Positions 1-9,800 of a stretch of DNA of 64,000 bases are shown here, piece after piece. Each line of letters begins with the position of its first letter. Position 1 is the first letter of the stretch. Under the pieces are notes generated by a model, which made no database searches, was not told where the DNA came from, and worked only from the letters and a program-made list of their open reading frames with translations. Position numbers and translations under genes: made by a program. This DNA comes from Acidimicrobiales bacterium (GTDB lineage: Bacteria > Actinomycetota > Acidimicrobiia > Acidimicrobiales > Aldehydirespiratoraceae), in NCBI GenBank assembly GCA_965116965.1, contig OZ220743.1, forward strand, positions 303,262-367,261, read 5' to 3'.

Positions 1-50
1 CGGAAGCTGCCTGGATCCTTCCCGAGCCACTGTCGATCCACGAGGTCCCG

Positions 51-899
51 GTGGAAGGGGACGCCACCATTACCGTGCGCCGGCACGGGAACCCGGAAGG
101 CACCAGGCTGGTCCTGAGCCATGGCATCGGTCTCTCAATCGACCTCTACTACCCGTTCTGGTCGCTTCTGACCGAGGAATTCGATGTCGTCGTCTACGAC
201 CTCAGAAGCCACGGCTGGAACGCGGTCAGCCCACTGTCGGACCACACCGTCCCCACCTTCGTCACCGACCATGACCTCGTCCTCGACGCCATCGACGACC
301 GCTACGGGGAGAAGCCGCAGGTGGGTGTGTTCCACTCGGTTTCGTCGTTGGCTCCGTTGCTGTCGCCCACGGAAGGGAGCCGCTTCTCGGCCCTGGTGTT
401 GTTCGACCCTCCCCTGCGCAAACCGGTCGAGACCCGCAACGAGTTCGACGAAGCGATCAAGCGCGCCGCCAAGATGGCCGAGCAGCGCACCTATCAGTTC
501 AAGACCCTGGAGGTCTATACCGACCTGCTCGCCTTCCTGCCCCCGTTCAGGCGGATGGTCCCCGGTGTTCATCACCTGATGGCGAGTACCACGCTGCGCC
601 AGGCTGAGAACGGCTCCGGCTATGAACTTCGCTTCCCCCGGGAGCACGAGGCGCAGATCATGGCTCATGCCAGGATCTTCGCGGTGCTGGTCGACCTGGA
701 TGCTCTGCAATGCCCGACCAAGGTGATCGGCGCCGACCCGACGCTGCCCTACTCGTATCTCCCGACGCTCGACTTCGGCGAGATGTTGACAGTGGACTAC
801 GACTTCCTGCCCGACGCCACGCACTTCCTCCAGCTGGAGCAGCCGGACAGCTGTGTGGCCATCATGCGCAAGTTCCTGGAGCCGATCGGCCTTGCCTGA
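51..899 (+). CDS. alpha/beta-fold hydrolase
   Basis: 282-aa ORF with the LVLSHGIGLS oxyanion-type HG motif and a GVFHSVSS nucleophile elbow. The frame is open to the window start, so the true start may lie upstream. Its 3' end overlaps the PKS start. Confidence 0.7.
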   Translation: MEGDATITVRRHGNPEGTRLVLSHGIGLSIDLYYPFWSLLTEEFDVVVYDLRSHGWNAVSPLSDHTVPTFVTDHDLVLDAIDDRYGEKPQVGVFHSVSSLAPLLSPTEGSRFSALVLFDPPLRKPVETRNEFDEAIKRAAKMAEQRTYQFKTLEVYTDLLAFLPPFRRMVPGVHHLMASTTLRQAENGSGYELRFPREHEAQIMAHARIFAVLVDLDALQCPTKVIGADPTLPYSYLPTLDFGEMLTVDYDFLPDATHFLQLEQPDSCVAIMRKFLEPIGLA

Positions 900-3800
900 T
901 TCGCCCCGGCACACCGGAGGCCCGCCCGGGTCGCCGATAGCGGTCGTGGGAATGGCGTGCCGGTTCCCCGGCGCGCCCGATGTGCCGGCCTTCTGGCGGC
1001 TCCTGGACGAAGGCGCCAGCGCCATCACCGAGGGCGAGCCCGGCTCGGGCGTGGGCCGGGTGGGCGAACTATTCCCCGAAGCGGCGACCCAGAACAGTGC
1101 CTGCCGGTTCGGCGCCTTCATCGACGGGATCGACCAGTTCGACGCCGCCTTCTTCCGCATCTCGCCGGTGGAGGCGCAGCTGCTCGACCCCCAGCAGCGG
1201 CTGATGCTGGAAGTCAGTTGGCAGGCCCTGGAGGACGCCGGTATCGACCCCGATGGGCTCAAGGGCAGCCGCACCGGCGTCTACGCGGGGATAAGCAACA
1301 ACGAGTACCGGGCTCTGGTGCTCGACGGGAACGACACCGCCGAGCCCGCGGCCAGCCTCTACTCCGTTGCCGGGACCTCGTTCAACACCGCCATAGGGAG
1401 GGTCGCCTTCGCGCTTGGGCTGCGAGGCCCGGCCATGGCCGTGGACACGGCCTGCTCCTCGTCACTGGCAGCCGTGCACCAGGCGGTGTCCGGCCTCCAG
1501 AGAGGCGAGGCCGACCTCGCCCTCGCCGGCGGAGTGCACGCCATCCTGTCGGGCCGGCTCTTCGAGCTTCGGGGCAACGCGGGGATGCTGGCGCCCGACG
1601 GACGCTGCAAGACCTTCGACGCGGCGGCCAACGGCTACGTGAGGGGCGAGGGCTGCGGGATCCTGGTACTGAAGCGCCTCAGCGACGCCGAGGCCGACGG
1701 GGATCGGATCTGGGGCGTGATCCGGGGCACGGCCCTGAACCAGGACGGTGCCAGCCAGGGTCTCACCGTCCCGAACGGCGAGGCCCAGCAGCAGGTGATC
1801 GCCGATGCCCTGGCCTGGGCGGGCGTCGAGGCCGCGGATGTGGACTACGTGGAGACCCACGGCACGGGCACACCGGTCGGCGATCCCATCGAGGCCGAGG
1901 CCACCGGGATGGCGTACCGCGCCGGACGGGACCGCCCTCTGCTGATCGGGTCGGTCAAGACCAACCTCGGCCATCTGGAGTCGGCCGCCGGCGCAGCCAG
2001 CCTGATCAAGGTGATGCTGGCCATGAAGCGAGGGGTCATCCCCTCCCATCTCAACTTCCGCGACCCGAATCCCGAGATCCCATGGGAGCGGCTGCCGCTG
2101 CAAGTCACCGCGGAGCCCATGGGTTGGCCCCACCACGGCGACCGCCGGCCGCTGGCCGGGGTGAGCGGGTTCGGCTGGTCGGGCACCAACGCCCATGTGG
2201 TGGTGGAGGGGTACGGAACGCCGGTCGTCGCCGTCGACGGCGACGACCCGCAGCGCTGGCTGCGTGGGCCGGCCCGGTCGGTCGCCATCGATGCGCCGGC
2301 CGGGGTGGATGACGCAGCGCCCGCTCCGGAGGCTCGCCCGGCCCGGCTGCTGCCCGTATCGGCCAAGACCGGCGACGCCCTGCGGGAGATGGCGGCCCGC
2401 TACGCGGCGTGGCTCGAGGACCGCTCCGATGATCCGTCCGGCGACACAGAGGCGGACCGGCTGCTGTCCGACGCGGCCTGGACCGCAGGAGTGGGACGGA
2501 GCCACTTCGCCCGACGGGCCGGTGTGGTGTTCTCGGACGGGGAGTCCCTGAAGGCAGGGTTGAGAGTGCTGGCGGAGGGCGACGAGCCGCCGCGCCGGAC
2601 GGCCACCAGGATCGCCTTCGCCTACACGGGCCAGGCCAGCCAGTGGACAGGCATGGGCCGCGCCCTCTACGACTCCGAGCCGGTCTTCCGGGCCGTTCTC
2701 GACCGCTGCGACCAGGCGCTGAGAGCCGAGCGCGGCGTCTCCATGCTCGATGTGATGTTCGGCTCCGACACCGAAGCCACCGATCTGGACGATCCGGCCT
2801 GGACCCAGCCCTGCATCTACGCGATCGAGTGCGCACTGACCAGTCTCTGGTCCAGCGTCGGAGTCCAACCCGATGTGGTCGTCGGCCACAGTCTCGGTGA
2901 GATAGCGGCCGCCCATGCCGCCGGGGCGTTCAGCCTCGAGGACGGCCTGCGTTTCGCGGCCTCCCGCGGCGCACTGATGGGCGGGCTGCCCGAGGACGGT
3001 GCCATGGCCGCGGTATTCGCCACACCGGAACGGGTGGCGGCTGCGGTAGAGGAGCTCAACGCCTCGACCGGGGGGTCGCCGGCGAGCGTGGCCGCCGACA
3101 ACGGGATGCATCAGGTGATCAGTGGCCCGGCCGCCAAGGTCGAGAGCCTGCTCGAAGGCTTCGAGTCAGAGAAGGTATGGGTTCGCAGGCTGCGCAAGAG
3201 CCCCGCCTACCACAGCGCGCTGGTGGAACCGGCCCTGGACGATCTCGAGGCGGTGGTCGACGGCATCGAGACCGAGGCGCCGTCGGTCACCTACGTGAGC
3301 AGCATGACCGGCCAGGCGCTGGAGGCGGGCGAAGCCCTCGACGGCCGCTACTGGCGGCGCCAGGCCCGAGCCCCGGTCGCCTTCCGCACCTGTGTCGAGA
3401 CGCTGGCCGCCATGGGCGTGGACACGGTGATCGAGATAGGTCCCGACACGGTGCTGGGTCCCACCGTCGCGACCGCATGGCCCCAACAACCCGTCACGGC
3501 CGAGCCGGCCATCGCCTCCAGCATGCGGAAACCGTCGGCCGGCAAGCCGGACCCGCCCGACGGCAGCGGCTTTCTCGACGCGGTCGCAGCCGCCTACGGC
3601 GCCGGAGTCGACGTGTCGTTCAAGGGCCTCTTCGCCACCGAGAGCCGAAGCCGCGTGCCCCTTCCCGGCTACCCGTTCCAGCACCAGCGCCACTGGGTGG
3701 AGCCGCCTCGCCGGCGCAGGCAGAGCGCAGGCGACCCGCTGCTGGGAACGCGCCACGACTCGCCGCGGGGCGAGACCCTCTACACCACCGAGATGTTCTC

Positions 3801-6800
3801 ATCCGACCCGGCATGGCTCGACGACCACCGCGTGTACGGGCGGGTGATCACGCCGGGCGCACTGTACGGCTCGATGGCCGCCGCGGCCTGCGGACCGCCA
3901 GGCGATCCGTGGTCGCTGATAGTGGAGGACCTTCAACTCCACAGTCCGATGATCTTCGACGAGGACGACCCGCAGGATCCCACCGAGGCCGCGGGGCGCA
4001 GCGTGCAGTTCGTGCTCGACCGCTCTGATGCAGCGGCGCCACGCCGATTCGAAGTGTTCAGCCGGTCCGACGGCGAGGACGGATGGACTCTGCACGCCCA
4101 GGGTCAGGTGTCGTCCGGTACCAGCCCATCGCTCGGCTCCGAACCGCTCGCGCTGGAGCAACTCGGCGCCGATCTCACCACTGTCGACCTCGCGGAGTTC
4201 TACCGGGCCCGGGCCGATGCGGGAGTGGACCTCGGCGAATCGTTCCGCACGCTGCACTCGCTTTCGGTCGGCGATGGCGAGGCGCTGGGCGAGGTCGCCC
4301 TGCCCGACGGCGCGGATGGCGGCGGCGCGGTGATGCACCCGCTCCTGCTCGACGGCTGCTTCCAGGTGATGGCCGCCGCCCGGCGCACCAGCGGCGCGGA
4401 GGACGGTTCTCCCTACCTGCCGTTCGGATGGGAGCGATTGTGGCTCGACGGCCCACTCCCCGACCGGCTGCTCTGCCACGCCCGCCTCCGTGAGCCGAGG
4501 GGCGAGACCGACGGCGAACCGGCCGGGCCCCGTGAGGTGATCGCAGCCGACCTGCGGTTCTACACCCTCGACGGCACCGGTCTCGGCGGCCTGGACTCTT
4601 ACACGGTCAAGCGGGCCACCCGGGCGGCTCTGCTCTCCGCGTCCGAGGGGCTAGACGACCTGTTGTACGAGGTTGTGTGGCGGGACCGACCCCTGCTCGA
4701 CGGGGTGGTACCCGCCGATTTCCTTCCGAGCCCTGCGGCGGTGGCAGCCCGCTCCAGCCCGTTCGCGGCGTACCTGGAGGCCGCAGCGGTGGACACAGCC
4801 AGCCGGGCCAGCCTGTTGACCGACCTGGAGCGGTTGTCGTGGCGTTATGCGTTGCAGGCGCTGGAGCGCCTGGGCTGGCAGCACACTGAGGGCACCGAGA
4901 TCGAGCCCGACAGCCTGCGCCAACAACTCGGGGTGCTGCCCGAGCACAGCCGAGTCTTCCGCCGGCTGTTCGAGCTGCTGGCCCGAGCAGGCGTGGTCGA
5001 GGCCACCGGGGACGGTTTCGTTGTCACGGCAGGGCCGGAGGATTCCCTTCCAGCGGCGCTTCCGGCCGATACCGAGGAGTTCGCGGCTCAGATGGCGGAC
5101 CGGTACGAGCACGGTTCGACCGAGATCGGTCTCTTCCGGCGCAGTGCCGGTGCCCTGGCCGAGGTGCTCACCGGCGACGCCGACCCGTTGACGCTGCTGT
5201 TCAGCAGCGGTGAGCCCACTGCGGCCGACCTGTACCTCAAGGCGCCGGTGGCAAGGGCGGCCAACCAGATGCTGGCCGACGCGGTGACTGCCCTGCTGGA
5301 ACAGCTGCCCGAAGACCGCCGGCTGCGAGTTGTCGAGGTCGGTGCGGGCACCGGCTCGGCCACGGCCGCGGTGCTGCCGGAACTGCCCGAGGGGCGTTTC
5401 GACTACACCTACACCGATATCTCCGCCGGCTTCTTCGCTGAAGCCGAGGGGCGTTTCGGCGGCCGCGAGGCGTGCATCGAGTACCGGGTGCTCGACATCG
5501 AGAAGGACCCGGCCACCCAAGGCTTCGACTACCACAGCTACGACCTGCTCATCGCGTCCAACGTGCTGCACGCCACCCGCTACCTGTCCGAGACGCTCGA
5601 GCACTGCCGGAACCTGCTGGCACCGTCGGGCCATCTCGTGGCCCTCGAGAACCTCCGGGGGCAGGGCTGGCTGGACCTGACCTTCGGGCAGTTGGACGGT
5701 TGGTGGCGTTTCGCCGATCCCTGCCGGCCGCACCACGCCCTGGCCGGCCCCGCCGTCTGGCGGCAGGCGCTCGCCGATGCCGGCTTCAGTGGCACCGAAG
5801 TCCTGGGAGCAGACGAGTCCGATCCCGACCAGGAGCCCGATCGGGGCGTGATCCTGGCCCAGGGTCCGGCCCAGGTCACCGAGCGCCCAGGAGTGTGGGT
5901 CCTGGCCGCTGATCAGACCGGTGTGGCCGGCGAGCTGGCCACCCGATTGGCCGCCCGCAACCAGACCGTCGTGCTGGCTGCCGACGAGACGGAATCCAGG
6001 CACGCGGTGCGCCCGTCCGACGGGGTCTCGCTAGCTGTCATCGACATGGAGCAGCGCTCCGATTGGCTGGCACTCTTCGAGAGCCTCCCGCCGGACGTGC
6101 CCCTGAGCGGGGTGGGCCACTTCGCCGCCCTCGACAACCGTGGCGCCCAGGCCGCCACCGCAGAACTGGCAACCGACGTGAAGAGGGCCACGGCGACTGC
6201 GCTCGCGCTCATGCAGGGCCTTGCCGACGCCGACCTGGCCGTGGCCAAAGGCGTGTGGTTCGTAACCCGGGGCGGCCAGGTGCTGGAGCACGAGCGCGTC
6301 GACGGTCTCGCCGGTTCGGCGCTGTGGGGCTTCGGGAAGGTCGCGGCCCGGGAGGCAACCCATCTGCAGCCGAGGATGATCGACCTGGACCCTGCGGAGA
6401 ACATGCCGTGGCCCGACCTCTCCGAAGAGTTCCTGTACCCCGACCCCGAAACGCACGTCGCCTACCGAACGGGGCACCGCCAGACCGCCCGGCTGGTGCG
6501 GACCTCCACCGGCGCCGAGCGCCTGAGCCTGCCCGAGCCGGCCGGCCAGTCGGCCTGGCTGCTGGAACCCGACCCTCAGGGCGCGCTGGAGAGGCTCGAG
6601 GTGGAAGCCGCCCCGGCCCGCTCGCTGTCCTCCGGCGAGGTCCGTGTGGCCGTGCTGGCCACCGGGCTCAACTTCTGGGACATGTTCCGCTCCCTGGGCG
6701 TGATCGATGAGGGTCTGCTGGGAGGCGAGTTCTGCGGGCGGGTGCTCGAAGTCGGGCCGGGCGTGACGACGGTGCAGGAGGGCGACCGGGTGGTCGGCCT

Positions 6801-9800
6801 GGCCTTCGGAACCTTCTCCTCGGAGGCGGTGACCTGCGAGGAGATGGTGGCTCCCGCCCCCGCCGACCTGCCCGCCGCCGCGCTGGCAACGATGCCGACC
6901 GCGTTCGTGTCGGCCGCCCTGTCGTTCGACTGTTCGGGTCTGGACTCCGGTGAGAAGGTCCTCATTCACGCCGGCGCCGGAGGAGTGGGCCTGGCCGCCA
7001 TCCAGCTGGCCCAGGCCGCGGGAGCCGAGGTGTTCGCCACCGCCAGCGCTCCAAAGCAGGCCTACCTGCGCTCGCTGGGCGTGAGGCACGTGTTCGACAG
7101 CCGCTCCACGAAGTTCTCGGAGCAGATCCTCGAAGCCACCGGCGGCACCGGCGTCGACGTTGTGCTCAACAGCCTTACCGGTCCCGGCTTCATCGATGCC
7201 AGCCTGGCCTGCCTGACCCGCGGTGGCCGGTTCGTGGAGTTGGCCAGGGTGGACATCCTCAGCCACGACAAGATGTCGGAGGCACGACCCGATGTCGGCT
7301 ACTGGATCCTGGAACTGGACGTGCTCAAGGAGCACGACCCGGACCAGCCGGGATCCGCGCTCCGGCAGGTGATGCGACAGCTGGCCGCCGGCGAGTTGAA
7401 GCCGCTGGTCCACACCAGATGGTCGTTGGCCGAAGCCGGTCCGGCCATGAAGTACATGCGGGCCGCTCGCCACATCGGCAAGATCGTCTTCGCCGCGTCG
7501 CCACTCGAGACCGGACGGCTGCGCAGCGACAGGACATACCTGGTGACGGGCGGCCTGGGCGGCATCGGCTGCACGATGGCGGAGTGGCTGGCCGACCGCG
7601 GGGCCGGCGCCATCGTGCTCAACGGTCGGCGCGACCCGGACCCCGAGGCCGCTGCAGTCATCGCCGGGCTGCGCGAGCGTGGTGCGACGGTGAGCGTGGA
7701 GCTGGCCGACATGACCGACGCGGCCGCAGTGGACGCCATGCTGGCCCGCATCGCCGACACGTTGCCGCCGCTTGGCGGAGTCATCCACAGCGTGGGCGTG
7801 CTGTCGGACGCCTCCATCCCGAACCAGAGCTGGGACAGGTTCGAGCAGGTGTTGTGGCCCAAGGTGCTGGGTGCCTGGCAATTGCACCGCGCCACGGCGG
7901 ACCTTGATCTCGACCTGTTCGTGCTGTTCTCGAGCGTGGCCGGCGTCATGGGAAACCCGGGTCAGGCCAACCACGCAGCCGCCAACGCCTTCCTCGATGT
8001 GCTCGCGGCCCATCGCCGGTCGCGGGGCCTGGCAGGACAATCCATCGCCTGGGGAGCGTGGTCGGGGCTCGGCGAGGCCGAGGAGCACCGGGAACGGATC
8101 GCCGGACAATTGGAGGCTGCGGGTACGGGCTGGATCACACCCCAGCAGGGCTTGAGAGCGTTCGACCGGCTGGTCAGGCAGGATCCTGCGGCGCCCATGG
8201 TGGCCGCGGTCGACTGGCAGGTGGTCTCGGAAGGCGATCAGCATCGTTCGCCGTTCGTCGAGGATCTGCTGGCCGCAGCAGGCCGTTCCGGAGCGCATCA
8301 AGAGACGCAGGCCGATCTGCTCTCGGAGCTGGGCCAGTCGCCGGTGGCCGGGCACGAGCAGATACTGGTCGAGTTCCTGCGGCGGGAACTGCAGGCTGTG
8401 ATGCGTCTGCCCAACCTGCCGGCTCCCTCGGCCGAGTTCGCCGATCTGGGGATGGACTCGCTGATGGCGGTGGAGTTCAGGAACCGCGTGAATCGCGGCT
8501 TCGCAGGCACCTACTCGGCGGGCAACACCGTGGTGTTCGACTATCCCAGCGTTCGAAGCCTCGCCGCCCATCTGGCATCGGAGCTCGCCGAATTGGGCAC
8601 GATCGAGGCCCCCGACACCGGCGACGACGGGCGCTTCGCCATACAGGCCCCGACCGACCCCGGCCCTGCCGATACGAGCCGGCCGGAGCGGCCGGCACAA
8701 CCCGAGCGACCCAGCCGACCGGAGCAGGCGGACCGGAGCGACCCTGTCCCAGCGGCCGCCACCGTGCAGGACCGCCCCGCGCGGGTCGCGCCGCCGAAGG
8801 TGACCGGCAATCAAGGGATCGCCATCGTGGGCATGGCCTGCCGGTTTCCCGGCGCGCCCGACCTGGACGGCTTCTGGCGTCTCGTGGAAGCAGGCGAGAA
8901 CGCGGTCACCGACGGGCGCCGGGACCCCGGTCCCTGGAACGGCGCCTCCGGGGACCCGGACAACCCGGATCGCGGTAACCGGATCGGAGCGTTCGTCGAA
9001 GGCATCGACCGGTTCGACGCGGGTTTCTTCCGGATCAGGCCGATCGAGGCCCGCACGATGGACCCCCAGCAGCGGATGCTGCTGGAGACGACCTGGCAGG
9101 CACTCGAGGACGCCGGCATCGATCCGACCGGCCTGAAGGGAAGCCGCACCGGGGTGTACGCCGGTATCGGCGGCAGCAGCGAGTACCGCAGGGTGATCGC
9201 CGCGGCCGGCCGGGGCGACAGCTACTTCGGCACGACCTCGAGCGTGGCCGTCGGGCGGATCGCATTCACTCTGGGCCTGGCCGGCCCGGCGGTGCCGTTC
9301 GACCTGGCCTGCGCGTCATCGCTGGTCGCCATTCACCACGCGGTCACCGCGCTGCAGCAGGACGAGGTGGACATGGCACTGGCCGGAGGGGCCAACGCCG
9401 TCCTGTCCCCGTCCATCGCGAAGTTCCTCGAAGAGACCGGCATGCTGTCGGCCAGCGGGCAGTGCCGAACCTTCGACGCCGGCGCGGACGGCTACGTTCG
9501 GGGCGAGGGCTGCGGCATGGTCGTGCTCAAGCGGCTCGACGACGCCATCGCCGCCGGCAACCGGATCTGGGGCGTGGTGCGAGGCACCGCAGTGAACCAG
9601 AACGCCACCGGCCTGGGCCTCACCCAGCCCAACGGACCAGCGCAGATGCAGGCCATGGAACAGGCCCTGGAGCGGGCGGCCGTAACGCCCGCCGAAGTGG
9701 ACTATCTGGAGGCCCATGGGCCGGGTTCGCCGTTCGGCGACGCGGTCGAGATGAACGCGGCCGCCAACGTCTACGGCCGCGGCCGCGACCCCGGCGAGCC

